Positions 6,302 to 15,932 are shown, counted from the first letter of the stretch. The stretch: DNA of 28,410 nucleotides from Candidatus Komeilibacteria bacterium (GCA_016204595.1 JACQKJ010000066.1:1-28410); one strand, 5' to 3'. A program made the numbers and translations. Notes: generated by a model from the sequence alone, not told the origin.

Positions 6302-9000
6302 TAGTTCGGCGTCAATGGTATGGTAACGGTCTGCCACCCTGCCTGCAGCGTTTTGGGAAGCACGGATGTCGTATATCCTGCTTTGGAGGTCGTAATGGTG
6401 TTCGACCCGCTGATCACGTCGTTGAAGTATACCTGGCCGGATGGCGTGCAGGCATCGGCAAAACTGATCGCACTATCCGAAACATTCGGCGTGAATGCCG
6501 TATTTGCCGTGAATAGCTGAATGCGATAGCGGATATACCGGTCTCCGTTATGGACCGAATTGAGCGTCGTATTGTTCGGCGTGTAATAGGTGTTGGTTGT
6601 GCCGTCCGGTCCCAGGTAATTCCAGGTGGTTGTCGGGGTATTGGTCAAAGAGCTTGCCACCTGAAGGCGCACGGGATCGGTCCCGGTTTGTATCGGTTGG
6701 TCCGATGGCCGCATGACCAGGTGATAAAAATTCGTCGGAGCCGTATTGTCGAATATGGAGGATGTCAGAATGCCCGATGAAGGGTATTGTGAGCCGTTCC
6801 ATTGGAGCCGCAGCTCGCCTGCCGGGTTGTTGATATCGAGGCCGCTTCCGTCGTAGAAACGGGTCGCATCGCTCCAGTCGCTCTGGCCAGCTCCGCCTGA
6901 CCAGTTGGTCTGCTGCCAGTATCCTTCGCCCGTTTGGAGTGTTTTCGTATAACCCGACCCCACAACTTGCACACTTGCATCCTGGACCGGCTGTTGAGTG
7001 ACAGCATCAATAACTTTCACCAATAGTGCATTCGTTGTGAGCGGCTCCATGATCATCGAGATCGTTTCAATCGTATTCGGAGATACCTGCATGGGCAATG
7101 ATGGCAGGCTGCCGCCGAGGTAATAGTTCGGATCCGTGAGAGAAATGTCATAGGTGTCCCACTCAAGGTTTTGCAGCGTCAATGCCCCCAGTACATCGGT
7201 TTGCTGGCTGAGGCTGTATTTTAGAATGTCCGGACTCTGGCCTATCAATTTCGCCCCGTTCAGATCAAAGATAACGCCGCCGCGGGGGCTACAGACTGCA
7301 TTGACCGTATTGATATTCAATGTGCTTAATGCGTCTATTGCGAAACTAACCTGGGTGACCGCATCAGCGATAACGGTCGCATGGGGTTTGAGCGGGCTGG
7401 GATTTGCCGGATCGCCGATCGCATAGGTCCGATCGGTCGAATGATCGGATTTTGTCACGGTTATTTGATACGACTGATCGGCAGGAGGGGCGTCAACCAC
7501 GGTAAGCCTTCCTTGCGCATCGGTCGTGTCAGTGAAGTTGATCAGAGGCGATGTCGTGGTGTTCACGATGGTGACGCTCGCGTCGGGTACAGGCTGGCCG
7601 ACCGCGTTATACACTTGTATGAGCAGGGCGCCGTTTCCGCCGCTCGTCTCAAGCCGTTTCGGTGCTATCGTCGTCGTCGCTTTGATGTTTGTTCTGAACT
7701 CGCAGGTCTGGCAGGTAACCTGCACTTCAGCGAGCTTATAATCCGCGGATGACGTATCGCCGACCGTGGGATTGCCGGTTATCAGCAGATTAAAAATGCC
7801 GGTGCCGTACGTAATGCTCGAATGGTTGTCAATGCGGACCGCATAGCCGGTCGCTTCGACGACCTCGGCACCGTTCTCGATGCTGATGAGGCCGGTGTTC
7901 GAGTATACTATTCCGCGAAAGCCGGTCGAGTTCCGGATCTTGATAGCCGGATTTGAAACGCTCGTTGATGCATTCGTCGTGATGAAGACGGAGTAGCTTC
8001 CCGCGAACGGGTTGCATTCGTTCTTGGATGCATTGTAGCCCTCGGAGCCGCAGGCAGCCGTATTGTTGTCGATAGAAATGATACCATCGGCGATGACCAC
8101 GCCTGAGGCGCTCGAATAACTCGAATCCAGATAAATACTCGCGGTGTTTCGCAGATCGATAGTGCCGCTGACCCAAATAGTGCCGGTAACATTCAGCTCG
8201 GCATTTCCCGTGAGCGTCAGGTTGCCGTTGATCTTTGCTGGTCCCAGTGAAAGTGTCTGGCCGTTTCCGAGCGTGACGGGCCCGACCGTCGAGACGGCGG
8301 CAGCTTCGTTTTTCCATGTGGTGATCTGAGCATCAGTGATAGGGAGGGTTTGCGACGACGAATCAGGCGAATTGGGATACGATTGGCCGCCGACCGTTGA
8401 GTTCTGGATCGTTTGATAATACGCGCTGCCGGTAATAGTTGCGTTTTGGATGGTGTGCGCATGCGCATCGCCGCCGATCTTGATGGAGTTGATGGTATTC
8501 GCGTTCGCCACCCAGGCGTCCCCGGTGATTATCGCTTTGTTGTCTCCGATCGCGTTTCCGTTCGAAAAAATCCTGCCATAGATCGTCGCTGTGTTCGACA
8601 TGGTCAATCCGCCGTCACCGACCTGCGAGCTGAATGAGAAACGGACGTCCTCGAGATCATTGCCGATCACCCCGTCAAAGGGATCATCAATATTGCGGAT
8701 GATGGTTCGTACCTCATAGGTTTGGTTATTTCTGACCACGGTCTTTAACGGCTCCAGTGATCCGGCAGGGATGCTGTCGCGCAAACCAAGGCTGGTGAAG
8801 GGGATGGCATGAATACTCTCCATTTCCTCCTGCAATATTGAATTCGCTGCAGTTCGTTCCGACGATACGCGGACAAGACGCAGCAACTGCAGGTATGCCG
8901 TGAAGATCGATACGGTAACCAGCGCAAAAACCGCGATCCCGACGATCACCTCGATCAAATTAAAACCGCGACCCCTTGGTACTGGTATACCTTTGCGCAT
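6301..9000 (-). CDS. large multidomain minor pilin (PilV-like N-terminus, inserted beta-solenoid-like domain, carboxypeptidase-regulatory-like Ig domains)
   Basis: G|FNLIEVIVGIAVF prepilin motif. Repeats such as ALLIQVYNAVGQPVPDASVTI...TDAQG and ALLVKVIDAVTQQPVQDASVQV...SKAGY resemble CarboxypepD_reg-like domains. Confidence 0.88.
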   Translation of the reverse strand: MRKGIPVPRGRGFNLIEVIVGIAVFALVTVSIFTAYLQLLRLVRVSSERTAANSILQEEMESIHAIPFTSLGLRDSIPAGSLEPLKTVVRNNQTYEVRTIIRNIDDPFDGVIGNDLEDVRFSFSSQVGDGGLTMSNTATIYGRIFSNGNAIGDNKAIITGDAWVANANTINSIKIGGDAHAHTIQNATITGSAYYQTIQNSTVGGQSYPNSPDSSSQTLPITDAQITTWKNEAAAVSTVGPVTLGNGQTLSLGPAKINGNLTLTGNAELNVTGTIWVSGTIDLRNTASIYLDSSYSSASGVVIADGIISIDNNTAACGSEGYNASKNECNPFAGSYSVFITTNASTSVSNPAIKIRNSTGFRGIVYSNTGLISIENGAEVVEATGYAVRIDNHSSITYGTGIFNLLITGNPTVGDTSSADYKLAEVQVTCQTCEFRTNIKATTTIAPKRLETSGGNGALLIQVYNAVGQPVPDASVTIVNTTTSPLINFTDTTDAQGRLTVVDAPPADQSYQITVTKSDHSTDRTYAIGDPANPSPLKPHATVIADAVTQVSFAIDALSTLNINTVNAVCSPRGGVIFDLNGAKLIGQSPDILKYSLSQQTDVLGALTLQNLEWDTYDISLTDPNYYLGGSLPSLPMQVSPNTIETISMIMEPLTTNALLVKVIDAVTQQPVQDASVQVVGSGYTKTLQTGEGYWQQTNWSGGAGQSDWSDATRFYDGSGLDINNPAGELRLQWNGSQYPSSGILTSSIFDNTAPTNFYHLVMRPSDQPIQTGTDPVRLQVASSLTNTPTTTWNYLGPDGTTNTYYTPNNTTLNSVHNGDRYIRYRIQLFTANTAFTPNVSDSAISFADACTPSGQVYFNDVISGSNTITTSKAGYTTSVLPKTLQAGWQTVTIPLTPN

Positions 9001-9010
9001 GTATGGTATC

Positions 9011-9019
9011 AGTATACCA
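9011..9019 (-). promoter_or_regulatory. extended -10 promoter (TGGTATACT) for minor-pilin operon; near-leaderless mRNA
   Basis: TGnTATACT ends 10 nt before the ATG at 9000. No SD site. Confidence 0.6.
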
Positions 9020-9027
9020 AGTTTGCA

Positions 9028-10383
9028 TTACGCATGGTAGGCATCATCTGAAGTATGCGGCAGCGCTTGTACCCGATTATTCGTAGCCGCAACCGTCAAT
9101 CCCACGAGCAGCATCCAGAGAACGCTCAGATCATTCTTGAAATAAGGGACGTCGACAAGACCATGCACGAGCACGACGCTCCAGGCAAGGATAAGAGACG
9201 CACTGAGCCAGGACGACTGCTGAGATCGATTTGCCGCGAGCAACAGTCTGCCGACGCTGACGAGCAGCCAGCCGATCGCCAGAAGACCCGCGATGCCGAT
9301 CTCAGACCAAAAATTCAGAATCAGAGTATGCGGGTAGAGATAAATTTCCAGAAACTCATATGCATGGTACGGCTCAAGCGCCTGCCGGTAATTGGCAAGC
9401 CCGCCGCCTCGTATGGGATGGTCAGAAAGCATCGCAAGCGTTTCACGCCACTGGTTTGCTCTGATCTCAAGCGAGCTTGACGCCAAGTCAAGTGTATTGT
9501 CGCTGATCCGGCTGAGCACGTTAGAAAATCGCTCCGGCGCAGGTGTGAATGTCAGACCGAGAACGATGAGAAGCGTTAGCGCAAGCAGGGTCGTCCGGTA
9601 TTTTTTTTGCAGCGAGCCGAATATCCAGAGAGCAGCGCCAATCCCTACCAGCGCACCGGTCGTTTTTGCCGCGATGATGGCAGTAAGCCCCAATGCTATG
9701 ACGATGATTTTCCACGCCAACATGCGGCGATCTGATTTCCTGAACAGATACCCCATATAGAGCGCCACAATGGGCCCGAGCAGCAGGCCATGGGCGTTCG
9801 GATATCCGAATATCGTCGTCACGCGCCGATACGCAGGGTCTGCCCAGGTGGGATTGGCGATCCCGATCCCCGTCGCGTATTGCCACGCAGCCGCACAACC
9901 GATAGAGACCGCAAGAATGCCGAGCGCATAGAAAACCCGCTCAATATGTTTTTCATTCTTGATCTCATATACGAATACGACAAAAAACAACATCGGATCG
10001 ATAAAATATGCTTTCAAAATCCCGAACGCCGCTGCCTGGCTCGGTGACAGAAGAGCTGCGATAAAGGCTGTCGCCAGCAACAGCGTTAGAGGAAGCTTGA
10101 GAATTGAGAGGATGGGATTTGCAGTATTCCGCTGCCAGAAGCGAAGGTTGATTTTCTTCCATCGGCCGTTGTTCGCCAACCACGTGAAGAACAGGATCAG
10201 TATGCTTACTTCAAGCACGGTCGTCGGTATCTCGAATATCGTGAATCGGATGAGATAACTGGGAAGTGTCGCTGCGATGGCGTAGATTCCCCAGCGGGGG
10301 CGCGAGTAGATGATGCATGCGAACAGGAATAACAGTCCGATCACGCACCACACCGGCAGCCATACTGGAGAGATCATAGACAT
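9028..10383 (-). CDS. O-antigen ligase (WaaL/Wzy_C) family protein, possible protein O-oligosaccharyltransferase
   Basis: Polytopic membrane protein with RRVTTIFGYPNAHG, S...R...W...HPIRGGG..NY and YPH.L.LNFWSEIGIAG motifs. Confidence 0.88.
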   Translation of the reverse strand: MSMISPVWLPVWCVIGLLFLFACIIYSRPRWGIYAIAATLPSYLIRFTIFEIPTTVLEVSILILFFTWLANNGRWKKINLRFWQRNTANPILSILKLPLTLLLATAFIAALLSPSQAAAFGILKAYFIDPMLFFVVFVYEIKNEKHIERVFYALGILAVSIGCAAAWQYATGIGIANPTWADPAYRRVTTIFGYPNAHGLLLGPIVALYMGYLFRKSDRRMLAWKIIVIALGLTAIIAAKTTGALVGIGAALWIFGSLQKKYRTTLLALTLLIVLGLTFTPAPERFSNVLSRISDNTLDLASSSLEIRANQWRETLAMLSDHPIRGGGLANYRQALEPYHAYEFLEIYLYPHTLILNFWSEIGIAGLLAIGWLLVSVGRLLLAANRSQQSSWLSASLILAWSVVLVHGLVDVPYFKNDLSVLWMLLVGLTVAATNNRVQALPHTSDDAYHA

Positions 10384-10384
10384 G

Positions 10385-11818
10385 CTAGGGGCGTATCATG
10401 CTTTTCAGCTCGCTGAAGGAAACCGCACGAAATGCGAGAAGGAGTGCCCCATAGAGAGTAGCGCAGACGATGAGCAAGGGGATGAGCGGTAGGGCGCTCT
10501 GGGCGAAATAAGCAAAAACCGCCATGAATACGCTTGCGAGAGCGATCTTGGCGGTAGCGCCCCACGGCACGGTCAGTTTCAGATGGGGGCGGATCACGAT
10601 CCATGCCGCCAATACGATGAAACATTCGCTGCCAACGGTTATCCATGCCGCGCCCCAGTAGGAGTATTTCGGAATGAAGATGAGGTAACCTGCCAGCGAG
10701 AGGGCCGCGTTGAGCAGGAAAAATTTGATGAGCTTGCGCTGCTGCTCGAGTACCAGCACGATGTAATTGCCCAGCGTGCCGAAGAAAATCGCTGCCGTAG
10801 CCAACACGAGCACTTTAAGCACGTTCCCGGACTCCGCAAACTCGGAGCCGGCGATGAGCTTCATAACCGGTACGCCGAGTATCAGAGCGCCGGTCATGAG
10901 CGGGAACGTCATCAGCGTAAAAAACAGAAATGCCCGCTGCCAGATGCGATCCACCCGCGAGCCGTCTCGCGCTATCCATGCCGCGGTCAGCACCGGCAAG
11001 ACCAGCCCCATGAACATATGCGGGAAGCTGACCATGATCTCGAGCACGCGGTAGCCGGCGCCGTACAGGCCGACCTCTTCCGGGCCTCGGAACATCGACA
11101 GTACGATAGTGTCGGCTTTGAAGTAAATAAGGTTGAGCGCTGTCGTGGCGGCAATAGGCCATGCTTTGGAAATGATTTCGCGCCAGTAGGGCAGGTCAAT
11201 ATGGATCCGCAGATGCAGGTTTCCGGGCAAACGGCGGACCAGATACCAGAGGATGCCGAACGCGATGGCTGCGACGATGGATGAGCCTACGAGGATGCTT
11301 TGCAGGCCGCCATGCAGCCAGATGACAACGCTTACCATGCCCAGCATAAGCACTTTCGTACCCGCATTGAGGGCGGCTACCTTGACCATCTGCAGATATT
11401 TTTGAAATAGCGCCGTCAACGTTGCAGTCAGCGAAACAGATAAATAGGCGAACGACAGCGAGAGAACGCCCCATTTGATCTCCGCAGGGTAGGGAGTGAA
11501 CGAAATGCTTACGATGGCGAGCAACAGGAGCGCTGCAGAGCTCATCAAACGCATCGTGAAAATATTATTGGTGATGTATTCCGTGCGTTCGACTGGGTTG
11601 GCCGAAATTTCGCGCAGCAATGTCAGGTAGAGCCCGAAATCGATGATAACGATGAAGAGCTGCAGGATCGCATTGATCGTCGTGTACTGCCCAAAGCCGC
11701 TCTGCCCCAGATACCGCGTGATAAGCCCGAGGGTGACAACGCCGAGCAGCACCTCGATGAAGCGAAGAACCGCCTGGCCCATGGTATTGGTGAATATTTT
11801 ACGAGCAGTATGTTCCAT
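10385..11818 (-). CDS. Wzx-type oligosaccharide flippase (polysaccharide biosynthesis, MOP family)
   Basis: LITRYLGQSGFGQY, DFGLY, YFKADTIVLSMFRGPEEVGLYGAGYR and LIFIPKYSYWGAAWIT motifs. Start re-assigned to MEHTARK at 11818. Confidence 0.9.
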   Translation of the reverse strand: MEHTARKIFTNTMGQAVLRFIEVLLGVVTLGLITRYLGQSGFGQYTTINAILQLFIVIIDFGLYLTLLREISANPVERTEYITNNIFTMRLMSSAALLLLAIVSISFTPYPAEIKWGVLSLSFAYLSVSLTATLTALFQKYLQMVKVAALNAGTKVLMLGMVSVVIWLHGGLQSILVGSSIVAAIAFGILWYLVRRLPGNLHLRIHIDLPYWREIISKAWPIAATTALNLIYFKADTIVLSMFRGPEEVGLYGAGYRVLEIMVSFPHMFMGLVLPVLTAAWIARDGSRVDRIWQRAFLFFTLMTFPLMTGALILGVPVMKLIAGSEFAESGNVLKVLVLATAAIFFGTLGNYIVLVLEQQRKLIKFFLLNAALSLAGYLIFIPKYSYWGAAWITVGSECFIVLAAWIVIRPHLKLTVPWGATAKIALASVFMAVFAYFAQSALPLIPLLIVCATLYGALLLAFRAVSFSELKSMIRP

Positions 11819-11828
11819 GTGATACGAC

Positions 11829-11857
11829 AATGTGCCCCCGCGTTGCGGGGGCACATT
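11829..11857. terminator. perfect 13-bp hairpin between recA and flippase
   Basis: AATGTGCCCCCGC-gtt-GCGGGGGCACATT. Confidence 0.7.
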
Positions 11858-11884
11858 TTGTTATAACACAGTTCTGAATTTGTG

Positions 11885-12886
11885 TTAATCCTTTTTGAGG
11901 GCCGCTGCCAGAACCTTTGTACGGATCTCGCCGATCAGTTTCTGATTGTCCTGCAGGAATGTACGAGCGGTCTCTCGTCCGACGCCGAGTTTTGTTTCAC
12001 CGTAGGTATATGAATTTCCGCTCTTCGTGATGATGCCATAGAGTACGCCCTGGTCCAGCAGATCGCCTGCCACGGAAATCCCTTCATTATACATAATGTC
12101 GAATTCGCATGTCTTGAAGGGGGGTGCGACCTTATTTTTCACGATCTTTACTTTAACCCGGTTACCGACGATCTTTTCGCCCTGTTTTATGGTTGCGGCG
12201 CGGCGTACCTCAATTCGCACTGACGCATAAAATTTCAGCGCATTGCCGCCGGTGGTCGTTTCCGGATTTCCGAAGAAGACCCCGATCTTCATGCGTATCT
12301 GGTTGATAAAGATGACGGTTGTTTTCGTTTTGCTGATGATGCCGGCAAGCTTGCGGAGGGCCTGGCTCATCAACCGGGCTTGCAACCCCATATGGCTGTC
12401 GCCCATGTCTCCTTCAAGTTCGGCCTTGGGAACGAGAGCTGCGACGGAATCGATAACGATCACGTCAATGGCATTTGAACGGACGAGCGTTTCCACGATC
12501 TCCAGTGCCTGTTCGCCCGTGTCAGGCTGCGCGATGAAGAGGTCCTTGGTTTTGACCCCGATCATTTTTGCATACTCCGGGTCGAGCGCGTGTTCAGCGT
12601 CGATGAACGCCGCAAGGCCGCCGCGTTTCTGGACCTCAGCGACGATATGCTGCGCGAGCGTCGTCTTACCTGACGATTCCGGACCGTAGATCTCGATGAT
12701 CCTTCCGAGCGGCACGCCGCCGATGCCGAGGGCCACGTCGAGCGAGATGCAGCCGGTCGGTATCGCATCGAGGTTCAGAGCTTTGCTGTCCCCGAGCTTC
12801 ATGATAGAGCCCTCGCCGAAGCGCTCCTTGATTTGATTGATCGCTTCGGTCGCTGCGGTAAGCTTCCCCTGTACGTTGTCTGACAT
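11885..12886 (-). CDS. recA: recombinase RecA
   Basis: [57 protein letters not shown]. Confidence 0.99.
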   Translation of the reverse strand: MSDNVQGKLTAATEAINQIKERFGEGSIMKLGDSKALNLDAIPTGCISLDVALGIGGVPLGRIIEIYGPESSGKTTLAQHIVAEVQKRGGLAAFIDAEHALDPEYAKMIGVKTKDLFIAQPDTGEQALEIVETLVRSNAIDVIVIDSVAALVPKAELEGDMGDSHMGLQARLMSQALRKLAGIISKTKTTVIFINQIRMKIGVFFGNPETTTGGNALKFYASVRIEVRRAATIKQGEKIVGNRVKVKIVKNKVAPPFKTCEFDIMYNEGISVAGDLLDQGVLYGIITKSGNSYTYGETKLGVGRETARTFLQDNQKLIGEIRTKVLAAALKKD

Positions 12887-12889
12887 ACG

Positions 12890-13612
12890 TTATTCGTTAC
12901 TTATTAAGGGCCCTGTTGTACTGGGAGTTAGTATGGCTGGAGGGGGTGTTTTGACGATAACCACCGATGCGGAGAACGGTAGACTGTGTTTTTTACGTGC
13001 ACTCAGGGTAATGGTATTTAGGCCGTTCGTCAATGTTATTTCCTGCGAAAAATGGCGGCCCGCACCCAGGGTAATAAGCTGATGATTGATGCGGACCTCC
13101 GCTCCGTCTTCTGTCTGGCCTTTCAGTATAATACTATTCTCATACGTCCGGAAGCCGTTCATCGGCACATTGAGGGCAACGCGCGGCGGCCTGAGCGTTT
13201 GGTAACCCAGATAGCCGCTGTAGGAGAAAAAAATGAGCACCAACGCCGCATAGGCGAGACGCCGAAGGGTGATCAGTTCCCATACGTTCCCATATCGCGG
13301 TTTTCGAGAATATACTTTTTTTTCCTGGAGCTTCGATCTGATGCGTAATTCCTTTTCGTACGAGATCATGCACTCTTTCGGGGATAAGCCCACAAAGGAC
13401 GCATATTTTTGTATCCATGTTCGAGCATAGAGTTCACCCGGCAGACGGTGATACTCCGATTCTTCAATCGCACTGAGATATTTTTCCTGAATCGCAAGGT
13501 ACCGAGCGCACTCGGCAAGGGTAAGGCCTTTGGCCTCGCGGGCTTTTTTGAGTTGTTCGCTGACCGTCGAGTACATTCCGAGTTCCGATCGCTTGAATGA
13601 TGGAGAAGGCAT
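12890..13612 (-). CDS. rodZ: RodZ-like protein (HTH_25 domain, transmembrane helix, Ig-like extracellular domain)
   Basis: QLKKAREAKGLTL...YLSAIEESEYHRLPGELYARTWIQKYASFVGL is the RodZ HTH. It is followed by a TM helix and a GQTEDGAEVRIN...LTNGLNTITLSA Ig-like domain. Confidence 0.75.
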   Translation of the reverse strand: MPSPSFKRSELGMYSTVSEQLKKAREAKGLTLAECARYLAIQEKYLSAIEESEYHRLPGELYARTWIQKYASFVGLSPKECMISYEKELRIRSKLQEKKVYSRKPRYGNVWELITLRRLAYAALVLIFFSYSGYLGYQTLRPPRVALNVPMNGFRTYENSIILKGQTEDGAEVRINHQLITLGAGRHFSQEITLTNGLNTITLSARKKHSLPFSASVVIVKTPPPAILTPSTTGPLISNE

Positions 13613-13615
13613 GGC

Positions 13616-15910
13616 TTAGGTCAGGTTCGGGTCTTCATCCTCCTCATCCTCGGACGATGCATCGGGAACTTCGTTATGTGCATTGATCTCGGAGGCGGCA
13701 TCGTCGTGTGACGGCTCGCTGCTTTCGCTTTCAATGAATGTGCGATCGAACTCTTCTTTCGTCATCAGCACTTCCCGCGGTTTTGAACTGTTCTGCGGAC
13801 CGATAATGCCTCGCTCCTCCAGAATATCCAGCATGCGGGATGCCTTGGCAAATCCCATCCTGAGGCGGCTCTGCAACAGCGTTGCCGATGCGCGACCCGC
13901 CCTGATGACCGATTCCGCTGCCGCGATAACATCGCGCTCTTCGGTATCAGATTCAAATCCCCCGGAAACGCCGGTGTGGCTCTGACGGCGTTCCGTGACG
14001 GCCATTTCGTATTCCGGTTCCCCGTGTTTTTTGAGATAGTCGGTGACCGCCGTAATTTCGGTGTCGCTTATGAAAGCTCCCTGGATTCGTTTCGGTTTTG
14101 TAAGTTCCGCGCTGATGTAGAGCATGTCGCCGTTGCCGAGGAGCTTTTCCGCACCGGATGAATCAAGTATCGTGCGGGAATCGGTTGAAGACGCTACCGC
14201 GAATGCGATGCGGGAGGTGATATTCGCTTTGATGAGCCCGGTAATGACGTTCACTGACGGGCGCTGCGTGGCAAGCACCAAGTGGATCCCGACGGCTCGC
14301 GCCATCTGCGCCAGGCGAATGATCGCGCTCTCCACCTCTTTTGCCGCAACCATCATGAGGTCCGCGAGTTCGTCGATGATGATGACGATATAGGGAAGCT
14401 TTTCAACCAGCCGCGCTTCGTTGAATGCCTCGATGTTTTTCTTGCCTGAGGCGGACAGCAGTTTGTAGCGTTCATCCATCTGCTGCACGGTCCAGCGGAG
14501 TGCGTTGATGGTTTTTTCAATGTCGATGATGACCGGAGCTAAGAGGTGCGGGACACTGTCATATGAGGTGAGTTCCACCCGCTTCGGATCGACCAGAATG
14601 ATCTTGAGCAGATCGGGCGAATTTTGGTACAAAAGACTTATGAGCATACTGTTGATGCAGACGGATTTTCCGCTGCCGGTCGCTCCCGCGATCAGGAGAT
14701 GGGGCATTTTCCCGAGGTCGGCCATCATGACCTTACCCGATACGTCTTTGCCGAGAGCGACCATGAGGTTGGTGCGGCGGTTCGTGTATACCTGGCTTTG
14801 AAGAATCTCTTTGAGCTTCACGATGGATGCCGTCTGATTCGGCACTTCGATACCGACCAGGGATTTACCGGGTATCGGCGCTTCGATGCGTATGGGGTGG
14901 GCGGCAAGGGCCAAGGCCAGATCGTTCTGCAGCGCCGTGATCTGGTTCAGTTTCACGCCTTCGGTCGGCTTGAGGGTATATTGCGTGACGGTCGGCCCCA
15001 CATTCACCTCACCCATCGTCACCTCGATGCCGAAGTTTTTGAGCGTGGTCTCGATCTTTCGCATCGTGGCGTTGATGTCGCCGCTTGTCGGCACCGCGGC
15101 GTTTGCCGTCAGAAGATCTATTGGAATATCAATCTTCGGTTGGGGAAGCCGTTTTGACCGCTGCTGAAAGACGCCAACAGGGCGTCCAGTTGCGGATGAC
15201 GATCTTGATCCGGGCTCTGTATCCTCGGCAAGCCCCGCTTCAAGGGCGGTCTCTTCGTCGGATTCATCGGAAAGCTCGCTCGTTTTGAAATGCGCATTGT
15301 ATACCGGAGGCGCTTCAGCGCTTTTCGGACGACGTTCAGGCAAGGCCGCGCGCAGATGAAAGAGCAGCCGCTGGATTGCCATGAGCAAGCTCGAAAATGA
15401 GGTGTTCAAAAAAATGAACAAACCGATACAGAGCATGGCGACAAGGATCGAGAGCGCTCCCCAGAATTCAAAACCGCGATAGAGCGCAGTACCTACCGCG
15501 TAACCGACATAGCCGCCGCCGCTTCCTGCTGCTACGATATCAGAAATATCTTGGTCACGTACCAGGAGATGCAAGAGTCCGCTGTATCCGGCGACCGTCA
15601 AAAGGAGACCGATGTAGTTAACGAGCTTGATATCGTGCTGCGCCGGACGCAGCAAGAGATAGGAAAGCAGGAGCAGGACGATGGGAAACAGCCAATCGCC
15701 CCACCCGAACGCAAGCCCCAGGAATTTAAGCAGATAAACTCCGGCCGTACCTGTCGCCTGGAAGAATGAAAGCAACGTCAGAAAAGCAACGGTGAATAGG
15801 ATCACTATCGCGATGCCTCGTTTTGTTTCGGAGGCAAGTGTCCAGTGGCCCGTGGTCGAAAAGCTCCTCCCTTGGGCTATTTTTTGTCGGCGAGTATAAC
15901 GTTTGAGCAT
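13616..15910 (-). CDS. ftsK: DNA translocase FtsK/SpoIIIE (4TM type)
   Basis: N-terminal TM domain, PHLLIAGATGSGKS, IDELADLMM, LATQRPS and a gamma domain (ASATLLQSRLRMGFAKASR). Start re-assigned to the ATG at 15910 because a -10 box overlaps the ATG at 15937. Confidence 0.97.
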   Translation of the reverse strand: MLKRYTRRQKIAQGRSFSTTGHWTLASETKRGIAIVILFTVAFLTLLSFFQATGTAGVYLLKFLGLAFGWGDWLFPIVLLLLSYLLLRPAQHDIKLVNYIGLLLTVAGYSGLLHLLVRDQDISDIVAAGSGGGYVGYAVGTALYRGFEFWGALSILVAMLCIGLFIFLNTSFSSLLMAIQRLLFHLRAALPERRPKSAEAPPVYNAHFKTSELSDESDEETALEAGLAEDTEPGSRSSSATGRPVGVFQQRSKRLPQPKIDIPIDLLTANAAVPTSGDINATMRKIETTLKNFGIEVTMGEVNVGPTVTQYTLKPTEGVKLNQITALQNDLALALAAHPIRIEAPIPGKSLVGIEVPNQTASIVKLKEILQSQVYTNRRTNLMVALGKDVSGKVMMADLGKMPHLLIAGATGSGKSVCINSMLISLLYQNSPDLLKIILVDPKRVELTSYDSVPHLLAPVIIDIEKTINALRWTVQQMDERYKLLSASGKKNIEAFNEARLVEKLPYIVIIIDELADLMMVAAKEVESAIIRLAQMARAVGIHLVLATQRPSVNVITGLIKANITSRIAFAVASSTDSRTILDSSGAEKLLGNGDMLYISAELTKPKRIQGAFISDTEITAVTDYLKKHGEPEYEMAVTERRQSHTGVSGGFESDTEERDVIAAAESVIRAGRASATLLQSRLRMGFAKASRMLDILEERGIIGPQNSSKPREVLMTKEEFDRTFIESESSEPSHDDAASEINAHNEVPDASSEDEEDEDPNLT

Positions 15911-15923
15911 AGTGAATAGGGAT

Positions 15924-15932
15924 AGTGTAGCA
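15924..15932 (-). promoter_or_regulatory. extended -10 promoter (TGCTACACT) for ftsK-rodZ-recA
   Basis: TGnTACACT ends 13 nt before the ATG at 15910. Confidence 0.6.

Noticed and set aside
4231-15769. Plus-strand ORFs opposite the pilin, ligase, flippase, recA and ftsK genes
   Set aside because: Fully antisense to confidently identified genes. No recognisable domains.
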